Shown one piece after another: positions 17,467 to 28,204 of a stretch of 63,321 nucleotides of DNA. The position numbers were made by a program, and so were the translations under genes. This stretch comes from Deferribacterales bacterium (GTDB lineage Bacteria > Chrysiogenota > Deferribacteres > Deferribacterales > Geovibrionaceae): contig JBFWLW010000015.1 of assembly GCA_050251945.1 (NCBI GenBank), positions 1 through 63,321 of the forward strand. The letters run 5' to 3'. The first letter of the stretch is position 1. Each line of letters starts with the position of its first letter. A model generated the notes under the pieces. It worked only from the letters and a program-made list of their open reading frames with translations, did not search any database and was not told where the DNA came from.

Positions 17467-19032
17467 ATGAACATAATGATTAACATGGGATATTTTCTTA
17501 TTAACAGTGCAAATATACACCCGTTTAAAACAGCCCTTGTTCACGGAGAGCGCCGTATAAGCTTTTTAGAGCTTAATACCCGTGCATGTAAACTTGCAAA
17601 CGGTCTGCGGAAGCTGGGGGTGAAAAAAGGCGACAGGATTGCGTATGTCTTTCCGAACTGCATTGAACTGGTGGAAACATATTTTGCCATACAAAAACTT
17701 GGTGCTGTGGCGGTCCCTCTTAATCACAGGCTGGTGCACACTGAGATTAATCTGCTTTTGGAATCTGCCGGTTGTTCCGTACTTTTCTTTAATGAAAAAT
17801 ACAGAGATATCGCTCTGCGCGAAGGAGGGAAACCCACGAAGGGGTTGAAACATGCGATATGTATAACAGAGAACCTGTTGGGACAGGACGTTTCATATGA
17901 AGCTCTTCTGTCTTCCGGCGAGTATTCTGAACCTGATGCCGGCATTTTGCCAGAGGATATCTGCCGCATACAGTTCACAGGCGGAACCACTGGTATCCCG
18001 AAAGGTGTTGAACATTCCCATGAACAGGATGTTCTCACAATGCTGTCGCTGTTGGTGCAGACCAAAATAGGTACAGTTCCGGAAGAAGTTGTGATGGCAC
18101 AAAGCCCCATGAACCATCACGGCGGATACACGTGGGTGATGTGTGCCATGGCTGCCGGATGCACGTATGTTATGCAGGATAAGTTCGATTCGTGCCGCAT
18201 ACTGGAAGCTATCGAAAAGGAAAAGGTTTCGTACCTTCTTCTGCTTCCGCCGACAAGTTATCTGAGGCTTATTAACGACCCATGCATGAAAAACTATGAC
18301 GTTTCATCCGTTAAGGTGGTTCAGACATCGGCAGGCGGAACGTCAAAAGAGATAGCACAGAAGATTTTTAAGGCTTTCATTAATTGCGAAATGCACTACG
18401 GATGGGCTCAAACGGAATCTGGTGTCGGTACCAAGCTGATACTGACCAGAGACATGAACCCCGAAGACACTATATTTAAAAGTGTCGGCAGACCCGCGGC
18501 CCTTGCCGAGCTTAAGATTGTTGACGACGAAGGCAGAGAGGTGCCTGATGGAACTGTGGGCGAATGTTTGTTCAGAGGTCCTACAATGATGACAGGATAT
18601 TACGGTCAGCCGGAGCTTACTGCCGATGTACAACGTGGCGGGTGGCTTCATACTGGCGATCTGTTTTACAGAGAGAACGGATTCTATTACATGGTGGGCA
18701 GAAAAAAGGACATGATAAAAAGCGGCGGCGAGAATGTTTTCGCTTCCGATGTCGAAAAAGTGCTTCTGAGCAATCCTTTTGTTGAAGAGTGCGCTGTTGT
18801 CGGTGTTCCGGATGAACAGTGGGGAGAGGCAATCGCCGCCATTATAAAACCCGCGGAAGGCTGCAAACCGACATTCGATGATATCATATCATATTGCAGG
18901 TGCAGTATGGCGGGTTACATAAAACCTAAGTACATCCGTTTTGTTAACGAACCTCTTGCGGATGGTGCTGGGAAAATTCAAAAATCAAAGCTTATGGAGA
19001 AATATAAAATGCTCCACATTTCGGAGGAATAG
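17467..19032 (+). CDS. Acyl-CoA synthetase (AMP-forming)
   Basis: FTGGTTGIPKG, GWAQTE, HTGDL and GRKKDMIKSGGENV motifs. Confidence 0.92.
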   Translation: MNIMINMGYFLINSANIHPFKTALVHGERRISFLELNTRACKLANGLRKLGVKKGDRIAYVFPNCIELVETYFAIQKLGAVAVPLNHRLVHTEINLLLESAGCSVLFFNEKYRDIALREGGKPTKGLKHAICITENLLGQDVSYEALLSSGEYSEPDAGILPEDICRIQFTGGTTGIPKGVEHSHEQDVLTMLSLLVQTKIGTVPEEVVMAQSPMNHHGGYTWVMCAMAAGCTYVMQDKFDSCRILEAIEKEKVSYLLLLPPTSYLRLINDPCMKNYDVSSVKVVQTSAGGTSKEIAQKIFKAFINCEMHYGWAQTESGVGTKLILTRDMNPEDTIFKSVGRPAALAELKIVDDEGREVPDGTVGECLFRGPTMMTGYYGQPELTADVQRGGWLHTGDLFYRENGFYYMVGRKKDMIKSGGENVFASDVEKVLLSNPFVEECAVVGVPDEQWGEAIAAIIKPAEGCKPTFDDIISYCRCSMAGYIKPKYIRFVNEPLADGAGKIQKSKLMEKYKMLHISEE

Positions 19033-19034
19033 AA

Positions 19035-19805
19035 ATGAAAAACATACTGAACGACCTTATAGCCGAGCAGTCGCTGGTTGATAACCTTGTTTCCGGTCTG
19101 GCAGATGAACAGTGGCTTAAGCCGGTTCCCGGGACCGGAACATGGACAATAAGGGAAACGATAGTTCATATCGCTTTCTTTGATTATGCGGCAAAGAAAC
19201 TCATGACTGGAGAGGCTGAGGATCTTATGGTGATATCCAAGGAGGCGGGGCAGGACGAGTATTACAGGTCACATGCATATGACGGCATGTCGGGAGCCGA
19301 CGCGCTGCGCTGGTGGCGCGAGGAACGAACCCGTATGACCGCTCTGTTTTTTGACAAAGACCCGAAAGACAGGATACCATGGGCGCCGGGATTGCCTATG
19401 TCCGCCCGGTCGCTTGCTTCCGCGAGACTAATGGAACTCTGGGCTCACTCTGTTGATATTTACGATTCTCTGGGTCTTGATCCCGTTGTTGAGGACCGGA
19501 TTGCTCATACGCTTTTCCTCTCATGGCAGGCAAGAGCCAATGCATACAGAATAAACGGATTTGAACTTCCGGAAACGCCTCTTTATTTGGAACTGACTTT
19601 ACCGGGGGGTGGAATATGGGAAAAAGGTGACCCTGCCGCTGAAAACTGCATCAAGGGAACGGCAAAAGACTGGGCTCTCGTATCCATACGCAGAAGGAAT
19701 TGGCACAATACGGGACTTAAAATTTCAGGCAGTGAAGCTGAAAGATATGCAAATGTTGTGCAGACCTACGCAGGACGGGCAGACAAAGCCCCTGAAACAA
19801 AATAA
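19035..19805 (+). CDS. DinB/MDMPI-superfamily metal-binding protein (TIGR03084-like)
   Basis: WTIRETIVHIAFFD and ARLMELWAHSVDI motifs; C-terminal LELTLPGG..W domain. Confidence 0.75.
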   Translation: MKNILNDLIAEQSLVDNLVSGLADEQWLKPVPGTGTWTIRETIVHIAFFDYAAKKLMTGEAEDLMVISKEAGQDEYYRSHAYDGMSGADALRWWREERTRMTALFFDKDPKDRIPWAPGLPMSARSLASARLMELWAHSVDIYDSLGLDPVVEDRIAHTLFLSWQARANAYRINGFELPETPLYLELTLPGGGIWEKGDPAAENCIKGTAKDWALVSIRRRNWHNTGLKISGSEAERYANVVQTYAGRADKAPETK

Positions 19806-20125
19806 ATGTAGTATGAATTAAACAAAAAAGGGTCTGCGCTTTTGTTGCCGGATCCCAAATCGGGGTGTATAATATCGAAAACATATGTATCAAAATATGT
19901 GATTCGAGGCATTGGTTACTGGCTGTTTCCAAACCGAACACCACGATGAACATCTATATTTATCAAAAAAGTTTTACTGTCCCTATGCATTAATTCGGCT
20001 TTATGAACAGATGGACTCAAAATATTAACTTTTAGTTAATTAAATTTAGCGGCAATGCAATTTATGGCTTAAGCCTCATCAATCTAACGAACTTGATATG
20101 ATACCACGTCATAGGGGGTGACTAG

Positions 20126-22048
20126 ATGAATAGCGGACAAGAGAACGTTGTTGCTGCATGGAAAACATTTATCACGGAACATACCGTTCCGAAAGGGCTG
20201 GTCAGACCGGAGGTCATGAGATCGTGGCAGAGATGTTACGAATCCGGTCTTGACCCGTGGTCTTCAAGTTTTCCAATGGGTTCAATGCAGGAACTGGAAA
20301 TACGCACAAAGCAGAATCAGGATCTGCTGAACGTTGCATATCCTATTATGCAGCTTCTTTTTACAGCTCTTAATATTAATATTTCCATCTGCGATAAAGA
20401 CGGGTTTGTATTTAAACTGATATCCCCTCTGGATCATTATCCGAGAACGCTCGGTTCCTTTGTCAGGGAATCGTCCAACGGCAACGGCGCAATTACGATA
20501 GCCCTTCAGGAGAAGATAGCGACAAGGCTCGACGGTTTTGAACACTACAGGGCGATATCCCATGCCTGTTCCGATGCAAGCGCGCCGCTTATAAAAAACG
20601 GCGCTCTGGTGGGCGTTATAAACGGTGTCAGTCTTTTCGGACCGCTTCCGGATATAACGCTGGATATGCTGAAAAGCGGAGCGGAACTCATAGAGGGGAT
20701 GCTTGAATATGAAACTCAGCACAAAACCACTCTGGAACTTATCCATGACAAAGAGCTGAAAAAACTCTTTGCCGGGTTTATAGACCTGTCCAGTGACGTA
20801 GTTATAATAGCGAAACTGGACGGCTATGTGAAATACGCCAATAAAGCGGCGAGAGATTACATAGAAAATATTTTCAGCGGATTAAACATCACCGATCTTT
20901 TTGACAACATAGGCGATGCTCTGCATCTTCTTGACAACGAAGAAAATCCTGTGCAGACGTATAGGCTTCTTAACGGTAAGATGGTCAAACTGCTTAGAAG
21001 AGGGCTTATCAGGATTGAGGAATGTATGTCGTACATGCTGGTATTCGACCAGAACGTTGACACGAGCACTGTTAAGGCAAAAGACTCACCTTCGTGTTCT
21101 TATCCTTATGACCTTTATATCGGTGAAAGCGAAGCATGGGACAATGTTGACGAGATGGTGCACAGGGTCGCAGGGTTCTCATCAAACGTGATGATATTCG
21201 GTGAAACGGGAACAGGCAAAGAAGTGGTTGCAAAGGCGATACACAAACTTAGCGGCCGCAAGGGGAACTTTGTTGCCATAAACTGCGGAAACGTTCCCAA
21301 GGAACTGCTTTGCAGTGAGTTTTTCGGATATGAGAGGGGCGCCTTCACTGGTGCCAGAGCAGAGGGTTCCATTGGTAAGTTCGAGTATGCCAACAAAGGC
21401 ACTCTGCTTCTGGATGAGATAAGCGAAATGCCGTTGGATATGCAGGTCAGCCTGCTTCGGTTCATTCAGGAGCGTGCTGTTACCAAGATAAATTCCAATA
21501 CGACCAAAAAGGTTGATGTGCGCATTATCGCGGCGACAAACAAAAACATCAGAGAACTTGTGAACAAGGGGCTTTTCAGAGAGGATCTTTATTACAGGCT
21601 GGCAGTGATAGAGATAGACCTGCCGCTTCTGAGCGAAAGAGAAAACGATGTCGTACTTCTGGCTGAATATTTCATTCAGGAGCTTTCGCTGCAGCTTTCC
21701 ATTCCCGTCAAGGCTTTAAGCGAAAATGCCAGAGAAATGCTTCGCAGGCATAAATGGCACGGGAACGTCAGGGAACTGAGAAACTATATCGAAAAGCTTA
21801 TGATATTGACCATCGGCAGCGAGATAACTTCCGATGTTTTGAAAAAATACGGGATAAACTGTGCATATGAGCCGCCTGTCAACAATTTCATTGAGAGGAA
21901 CTCAAAGCTCGACGTTATCAAGGTATGCCTTGAAAAGCATCAGGGCAATATCGCCAAGACCGCCAAAGAACTTGGTATTGCACGAAACACATTATACCGG
22001 AAAATCGAAAAATATAATATTCAGCTCAAAACATCCATAGTCCGGTAG
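20126..22048 (+). CDS. sigma54 enhancer-binding activator, AcoR-like (GAF-PAS-AAA+-Fis)
   Basis: VMRSWQRC N-terminus; GETGTGKE; GAFTGA; FREDLYYRL; GNVREL; HTH LGIARNTLYRKI. Confidence 0.93.
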   Translation: MNSGQENVVAAWKTFITEHTVPKGLVRPEVMRSWQRCYESGLDPWSSSFPMGSMQELEIRTKQNQDLLNVAYPIMQLLFTALNINISICDKDGFVFKLISPLDHYPRTLGSFVRESSNGNGAITIALQEKIATRLDGFEHYRAISHACSDASAPLIKNGALVGVINGVSLFGPLPDITLDMLKSGAELIEGMLEYETQHKTTLELIHDKELKKLFAGFIDLSSDVVIIAKLDGYVKYANKAARDYIENIFSGLNITDLFDNIGDALHLLDNEENPVQTYRLLNGKMVKLLRRGLIRIEECMSYMLVFDQNVDTSTVKAKDSPSCSYPYDLYIGESEAWDNVDEMVHRVAGFSSNVMIFGETGTGKEVVAKAIHKLSGRKGNFVAINCGNVPKELLCSEFFGYERGAFTGARAEGSIGKFEYANKGTLLLDEISEMPLDMQVSLLRFIQERAVTKINSNTTKKVDVRIIAATNKNIRELVNKGLFREDLYYRLAVIEIDLPLLSERENDVVLLAEYFIQELSLQLSIPVKALSENAREMLRRHKWHGNVRELRNYIEKLMILTIGSEITSDVLKKYGINCAYEPPVNNFIERNSKLDVIKVCLEKHQGNIAKTAKELGIARNTLYRKIEKYNIQLKTSIVR

Positions 22049-22118
22049 CAGTTTTTTTTTATCTTCTTCAAAGGTCGTCAGGAGTTGTCCTCGCGACCTT
22101 TTTTAAAGCCTTTTTTCA

Positions 22119-22258
22119 CTGAACACTCCTGAACACTTTTTTTTGAAATGTAACACTTTGCTCTGTTTTACTTTGATCACACTGTGATGTGTTTACAGGA
22201 TAAAATTCTTTATTATTAATTATTTGTTTAGTTGATATTTTTTGGCACTCCTTTCGCT
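22119..22258 (+). promoter_or_regulatory. sigma54 promoter with upstream activator sites for the OYE-fixX operon
   Basis: TGGCAC-TCCTT-TCGC at 22243-22257; TGTAACACTTT at 22149; ctgaacact repeats at 22119 and 22129. Confidence 0.75.
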
Positions 22259-22284
22259 TTAATAAAGGACATAAGGAGAGTCTT

Positions 22285-24339
22285 ATGTCCAAATATTTTC
22301 CTAATTTGTTTTCACCAATACAGGTTGGTTCAATGACGTTGAAGAACAGGCTCATGAGCACTTCGATGTCACCCGGTGAGGGCTACACCGGAAAAGATAT
22401 GAAGCCCACTAAACGTTTTTTAAACTATCTTGAAGAGAGAGCAAGGGGCGGCATTGGGGCAATATGCCAGACCATTTCTTTTTATCCTATGGATCCCGAA
22501 GGTCATCTTTTGCCCGAGGCATACGACGAAAGCCACATTCCACATATGAAACAGATGGCGGAAGTGGTTCAGAGATACGGATGCAAAATGATCGCTCAGG
22601 CATTCACAGTGCATGAGTGGCGCAGACTCCCCGATGAACCTATCGGTCACTGGGGTCCCTCCGACGTTCGTCTTCCTCCCGCAATGCAGGAAATAAAGCC
22701 TATGACGAAAGAGGACATTCAGGTCTTTATCAGGCATATCGCAAACGGCGCAAAAATCGTTAAGGCTGCCGGATGGGACGGTGTCGAGCTTGTCGCAGGC
22801 GTCGGTGCTATCCTGTCGCGGTTCATGTCCAAAGCGACCAACATCCGTACGGACGAGTACGGCTCGCAGACCATGGAGAACAGATGCCGTATAACCGTTG
22901 AGTGCATCAACGCCATCAAAGAGGCTTGCGGTGAGGATTTCCCCGTCGTCGTCCGCTGGACGCCCGTTGACTATATCAAGGGCGGAAACGAGATGAAGGA
23001 TGCAATCGAGGTAGCAAAGATTCTGGATAAGGCAGGTGCCGCATGGCACAACCTTCAGATAGGCTGGCACGAAAGTTCTGTTCCTCTGACCATAAAATCT
23101 GTTCCGGAGGGCGGTTTCTCATGGATGGGCAAAGAGATCAAAAAAGTGGTCAAAGCTCCCGTTGCCGTGGGTTACAGAAACACAGACCCTGTAAATATGG
23201 AAAGGATAATTGCGGAAGGCCATACGGATATAATCGCAGGTCTGAGATACAGCATCGCCGATCCTGAATTTGCAGTTAAGGCACAACAGGACAGACCGGA
23301 AGACATTAAGATGTGCATATGCTGCTGCCGCTGCCTTGACGACGTTGTGAGCAGGGGCAAACCGCTGAACTATTGCAGCGTGAACCCTCGTCTGGGCGAA
23401 GAGCTTGACGACGAACTCGGCTGTTCCACCCTGCGCAAAAAAGTAATGGTGGTGGGTTCCGGTCCCGGAGGACTTTCCGCCGCTTTTGCCGCACATAAAC
23501 GCGGACACGATGTTACCGTTTACGAGAGAGGACCCAGAATAGGCGGCTGTCTCGTAATGAGTGCCATATTCAGCCCGCTTTATGAAAGACTTACAAAATC
23601 ATATCTGACACAGCTCAGAAAAACACCCGGTATCAAAGTTAAACTGAAAACACCCGTAACACCCGAACTGGTGAAATCCGAAAAACCGGATGCGGTCATT
23701 GTTGCCATGGGCGGCGAACCTAAAGACCTGCACGTTCCGGGTGTGGACAGAGGAAACGTTGTGCGTTCACACGACTTCCTTTCGCTTCTTAACGGAAAAG
23801 CGCCGAAAAAGCCCGGGCTTTTCAATAAATTCATGTGGATGGGTGCAGGAATATTTCTCGGTCTGTTCTACAGTCCCACACGCATCAGAAATATGATGTG
23901 GTTCCCGTGGCCTTTCGGCAAACGTGTAGCCATCATCGGCGGCGGTCTGCCCGGATGCGAACTGGGTATTGAGCTTCTGCACAACAAACGCCGGATGGTC
24001 ATTATTGAAGAGAACAAGAAGGTGGGCTATGACGTTGGCGGCAGTGAACGTTTCCACGTTACATCCGCATTCAAAAAATCACCCGACGTACAGATGGAGC
24101 CATTGACTAAGGTTGTTGAGATCAGCAGCGAGGGAGTTAAGGCGTGTAGAGCGGACGGCACCGGATTCACTTATAAAGCGGACACCGTGGCGGTCACTCT
24201 CGGCTTTGAAAAGAACATGGGGCTTACAGAGTCCATAAAGAATCTTGCAAAATCTGTCGAGGCTGTCGGCGACTGCTCAAATCCCCAAAGGATGGCCGAT
24301 GCCACTAAAGCGGGCTACATAGCCGCTAAAAGGATATAA
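22285..24339 (+). CDS. NADH:flavin oxidoreductase (OYE domain + 4Fe-4S + FAD domain; FadH/BaiCD-like)
   Basis: LKNRL, ERARGG, GWDGVEL, RTDEYG and CICCCRC..CSVNP motifs; GSGPGG and GGGLPG Rossmann motifs. Confidence 0.9.
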   Translation: MSKYFPNLFSPIQVGSMTLKNRLMSTSMSPGEGYTGKDMKPTKRFLNYLEERARGGIGAICQTISFYPMDPEGHLLPEAYDESHIPHMKQMAEVVQRYGCKMIAQAFTVHEWRRLPDEPIGHWGPSDVRLPPAMQEIKPMTKEDIQVFIRHIANGAKIVKAAGWDGVELVAGVGAILSRFMSKATNIRTDEYGSQTMENRCRITVECINAIKEACGEDFPVVVRWTPVDYIKGGNEMKDAIEVAKILDKAGAAWHNLQIGWHESSVPLTIKSVPEGGFSWMGKEIKKVVKAPVAVGYRNTDPVNMERIIAEGHTDIIAGLRYSIADPEFAVKAQQDRPEDIKMCICCCRCLDDVVSRGKPLNYCSVNPRLGEELDDELGCSTLRKKVMVVGSGPGGLSAAFAAHKRGHDVTVYERGPRIGGCLVMSAIFSPLYERLTKSYLTQLRKTPGIKVKLKTPVTPELVKSEKPDAVIVAMGGEPKDLHVPGVDRGNVVRSHDFLSLLNGKAPKKPGLFNKFMWMGAGIFLGLFYSPTRIRNMMWFPWPFGKRVAIIGGGLPGCELGIELLHNKRRMVIIEENKKVGYDVGGSERFHVTSAFKKSPDVQMEPLTKVVEISSEGVKACRADGTGFTYKADTVAVTLGFEKNMGLTESIKNLAKSVEAVGDCSNPQRMADATKAGYIAAKRI

Positions 24340-24341
24340 CT

Positions 24342-25100
24342 ATGGCAACAGTTTACACCAGAAAAGACGGATGCATCGGCTACGTCGTACTTAACAAGGC
24401 GGAACGCAGAAACGCCATAGATCCCGATATGATGGACGTTATGACAGACTGTTTCAACAGTCTGGAAGCGGACACTGATGTTAAGGTCGTGATACTCAGC
24501 GCAGAGGGCGACCACTTCTGTTCCGGTGGCGACCTGAAAGCCGCCCCCGGCGGTCATACCATCGAAAGCTCACACCATGCCCTGCGCAAATACGGCAAAA
24601 CCGTAATGACCATACAAAACATGGAGAAACCGGTCATCGCCGCAGTGAAGGGCTATGCGGTCGGCGGAGGTATGAGTCTTGCGCTTGCATGTGACATAAT
24701 CTTTGCTGCAGAAAGCGCAAAATTCAGCTGTAACTTTCTGAAGGTAGGCATCTGTCCGGAAATGGGCGCTATGATGTTCATGCCCCAGCTCATTGGTATG
24801 CAGAGATCAAAGGAACTCTGGTACACCGGACGAATTGTTTCTGGTGAAGAGGCATATGTCATGGGCTTTGTCAACAAAGTGGTTCCCGATCCGGAGCTTG
24901 AAAAAGAGACGCTGGGATTCGCAAACGGTATAGCGACCGTGCCTTCAATGTCACTCGCCATTACAAAGCGCATAGCAAATTCGACATATCACAGAGACCT
25001 TGTGAACATACTGGATACTGAAACGCTCAGTACCCCCTTTTGCAGTCAGACAAAAGAACATAAGGCTCTTGTTGAAGCCTTTTTGAACAGGAAAAAGTAA
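24342..25100 (+). CDS. Enoyl-CoA hydratase/isomerase
   Basis: FCSGGDL and KPVIAAVKGYAVGGGMSLALACD motifs. Confidence 0.92.
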   Translation: MATVYTRKDGCIGYVVLNKAERRNAIDPDMMDVMTDCFNSLEADTDVKVVILSAEGDHFCSGGDLKAAPGGHTIESSHHALRKYGKTVMTIQNMEKPVIAAVKGYAVGGGMSLALACDIIFAAESAKFSCNFLKVGICPEMGAMMFMPQLIGMQRSKELWYTGRIVSGEEAYVMGFVNKVVPDPELEKETLGFANGIATVPSMSLAITKRIANSTYHRDLVNILDTETLSTPFCSQTKEHKALVEAFLNRKK

Positions 25101-25197
25101 TTCTGATACGGCAGGACTCCACGGTGGTAAAACACCGGGGAGAGCCTCCCCTGCCGTCAGTACAAAGCGTTTTTTTAATAACTCAGGAGAGACAGAT

Positions 25198-26352
25198 ATG
25201 GATTTTACATTAACGGAAGAACAACAGCTGCTGCTGGACAGTCTTCAGGAACTGATTTTAAGAGAGGGTCCCGAAACTTACTGGAAAGAGTGCGACAGAG
25301 AGGAAAGACAGCCTGTTGAGTTTGTTAAATCGCTCATCGACAACGGTTTCGGACTTCTCGGTGTTCCGGAGGAACACGGCGGCGTTCCCGTTGACTATAT
25401 GACACAGATACTTGTTGCTCAGCACCTTTGCAAATTCGGTGCGCCCCACAACCTGCTCAGCTCGCCCCTTCAGATAAAAGATATTCTCAGCTTCGGAAAC
25501 GCAGAGCAGATAGCTCAGACTATGGACGTTGTCAAACAGGGATATCTGGCGTTCAGCCTCGGCATCACAGAGCCGCAGGCGGGTTCCGATACGAACAGGA
25601 TCGCGGCGACATTTACACGTAAGAACGGAAAAGTATACATCAACGGCAACAAGACCTTCATTACAGAAGGCGACAGATGCCCCTATATGATGTGTATGAC
25701 ACGTGATTTCGCCGTTGAGGATCTTTCAAAGGCTTTCACTATGTGGTGGATCGACGTTGAGAAGCATAAGGCGAACATCAAGTTTGAAAAACTGGATAAA
25801 ATTGGCTGGAAAATGAATCACACATGTGAAGTTTATCTTGAGAATGTGGAACTCGACGAATCCGATATGCTCGGAAAAGAGGGACACGGTTTTATGCAGC
25901 TTATGGAGAACTTTGAGATAGAACGTCTTATCATGGCGGCATACATCCTCGGAATGGCAGAATGTGCCTTCGCCGACGCCGCAAGATATGTCAACCAGCG
26001 CGTTCAGTTCGGCAAACCTATCGCCGCACAGCAGATAACACAGCTTAAAATAGCTGAGATGTACACCAAACTTGAGAATATGCGCAACATGATCTACAGA
26101 TGCGCATGGGAAATGGATCAGGGTATGTCAGTTCAAATATCTTCCGCTATGTGCAAACTCTATTGCGCACAGGCAGGAAACGAGGTCATTGATCAGGCGC
26201 TCCAGCTCCACGGAGGTATCGGGTACACCAACGATGCCAGAGTTTCAAGACTCTGGAGAGACGCAAGGGTATTCCGTATCGGCGGCGGAACGGACGAGAT
26301 CATGGTGCATATCCTCGGACGTGCAGTGCTGAAACAATATAAAGACAAATAG
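25198..26352 (+). CDS. Acyl-CoA dehydrogenase, CaiA/YdiO-like
   Basis: MDFTLTEEQQLL, ITEPQAGSD, NGNKTFIT, HGGIGY and IGGGTDEIM motifs. Confidence 0.92.
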   Translation: MDFTLTEEQQLLLDSLQELILREGPETYWKECDREERQPVEFVKSLIDNGFGLLGVPEEHGGVPVDYMTQILVAQHLCKFGAPHNLLSSPLQIKDILSFGNAEQIAQTMDVVKQGYLAFSLGITEPQAGSDTNRIAATFTRKNGKVYINGNKTFITEGDRCPYMMCMTRDFAVEDLSKAFTMWWIDVEKHKANIKFEKLDKIGWKMNHTCEVYLENVELDESDMLGKEGHGFMQLMENFEIERLIMAAYILGMAECAFADAARYVNQRVQFGKPIAAQQITQLKIAEMYTKLENMRNMIYRCAWEMDQGMSVQISSAMCKLYCAQAGNEVIDQALQLHGGIGYTNDARVSRLWRDARVFRIGGGTDEIMVHILGRAVLKQYKDK

Positions 26353-26433
26353 AGCTTAAACAGATGGCGGAAGAGTTTTTTGCTTTTCCGCCGCATAAAC
26401 TGAACTCACAAACGAAAGGATATCGGAAATACC

Positions 26434-27405
26434 ATGATTGAGAAAATATACGAGGATTTATACAGAATAGAGGTACCGCTCCCTGACAATCCTCTTGTGA
26501 TGCTGAACTCCTACCTGATATGCAGCAGCAAAAGAAACCTGCTGATAGACACGGGATTCAACACCGATGAGAGTAAAGCCGCCATCAACAGCGCAATGGC
26601 TGCGGTTGGTTTCTCAATGGAGAGTACGGATATCTTCATAACCCACGCCCACAGCGACCATGCAGGGCTTGCCGGTTATCTTTCCCGACAGAATAACGTT
26701 GTATATTGCGGAGCTTTTACCGCAAAAGCGTTCAAAGCGGGAAACAAAATGTGGGATTACCTGTACGAAGTTATAGCCCAGAGCGGACTTGATAAGAAAG
26801 ATTTCGATATGAAGATAGATATGCATATCCCCGCAAAGATAAGGAACATGCAAGTCGTATTCGAGGGGGACATATTATGTGTGGGAAGATGGAATCTTCG
26901 CTGTATCAATACTTCGGGTCATGCACCTGACCACTTCTGTCTTTATGATGAGGAGAAACAGTTTCTGTTCTCCGGCGACCATATACTTGCGGGGATAACA
27001 CCGAACATCACCCTTTGGGATGCTCCGTGGGAGTGTGCGGATAACCCGCTGATGGATTATCTGGAAAATCTGGATAAGATAGCCGCCCTTCATATCGAAA
27101 GGATATTTCCTGCCCACAGGGAGATAATCGAAAACGGCTACAGGCGGATACAGGAGCTGAAAGAGCACAATGCAAGGCGCATAGAGGACATCCTTGAGAT
27201 AATCGGAAACGATAAAGTTACGGGAGCCGAAACTGCAAGCCGAATGCATTGGGACATAAAGACCAAATGGATAGATTTTCCTCCGTTTCAGAAGCTTTTC
27301 GCCGTTGGCGAGGCTCTTTCCCACCTGACATATCTCGTATGCAGAGGTGTTCTGAAAAAGGAACTGGGTACGGACGGGATCGTTTACTACAGCCGGGTAA
27401 ATTAA
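26434..27405 (+). CDS. Metallo-beta-lactamase-fold hydrolase (possible acyl-CoA thioesterase)
   Basis: LIDTG, THAHSDHAG, GHAPDH, SGDH and PAH motifs. Confidence 0.85.
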   Translation: MIEKIYEDLYRIEVPLPDNPLVMLNSYLICSSKRNLLIDTGFNTDESKAAINSAMAAVGFSMESTDIFITHAHSDHAGLAGYLSRQNNVVYCGAFTAKAFKAGNKMWDYLYEVIAQSGLDKKDFDMKIDMHIPAKIRNMQVVFEGDILCVGRWNLRCINTSGHAPDHFCLYDEEKQFLFSGDHILAGITPNITLWDAPWECADNPLMDYLENLDKIAALHIERIFPAHREIIENGYRRIQELKEHNARRIEDILEIIGNDKVTGAETASRMHWDIKTKWIDFPPFQKLFAVGEALSHLTYLVCRGVLKKELGTDGIVYYSRVN

Positions 27406-27432
27406 GAAAATCAGGTTTATTAGGAGATAATT

Positions 27433-28194
27433 ATGAATGTATTGGTTTGTTATAAGATAGTATACGAGGAACAGGATATAGTTACGGCCGCAGACGGCAC
27501 TCTCTCTTTTGACCGTGCAGAGCTTAAACTCAGCCTTTACGACCTCAACGCAGTTGAAGAGGCTGTCCGTGTTGCCGATGCCACCGGAGGCGCCGCAAAG
27601 GCTCTTAGCATCGGTGATGCTTCTGTTGAGAACAGCAAACTGAAAAAAGGCATACTTTCAAGGGGACCTCAGGAACTTTTCCTTGTGAAGGATGCCGCAC
27701 TTAAAAACGCAGATACACACCAGACAGCAAAAACTCTTGCCGCCGCGGCTGAAAAAATAGGTTTTGATCTCGTTCTCTGCGGCGAAGGTTCCGCAGATTA
27801 TTACGCACAGCAGACAGGCATACAGCTTGGCGAGCTTCTGAATGTACCCGTCATCAACGCTGTAAGCAAAATCACACCCGCAGACGGCAAAGTCATCGTT
27901 GAACGTGCCCTTGAAGACCTTGTGGAAGTTCTGGAAGTACCTCTTCCCGCTGTTTTATGCGTCACATCAGACATCAACGAACCCAGACTGCCCGGAATGA
28001 AAGAGATACTTGCCGCAGGTAAAAAACCTGTAACCGGGTGGAGCCTTTCGGATGTCGGCATGTCTGCTCCCGAAGCCACTGTGGAAGTTGTGAGCGTGCT
28101 TGCTCCCAAACAGGCGGACCGTAAAAATATTATCATCGAAGGCGACGGCAAGGTTGCGGAATTCTTTGAAAACATCAAATCCGGGATTAAGTGA
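27433..28194 (+). CDS. fixA: Electron transfer flavoprotein beta subunit
   Basis: YDLNAVEEA, LCGEGSADYYAQQTG and INEPRLP motifs. Confidence 0.9.
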   Translation: MNVLVCYKIVYEEQDIVTAADGTLSFDRAELKLSLYDLNAVEEAVRVADATGGAAKALSIGDASVENSKLKKGILSRGPQELFLVKDAALKNADTHQTAKTLAAAAEKIGFDLVLCGEGSADYYAQQTGIQLGELLNVPVINAVSKITPADGKVIVERALEDLVEVLEVPLPAVLCVTSDINEPRLPGMKEILAAGKKPVTGWSLSDVGMSAPEATVEVVSVLAPKQADRKNIIIEGDGKVAEFFENIKSGIK

Positions 28195-28204
28195 GGAGTC
28201 TGAA

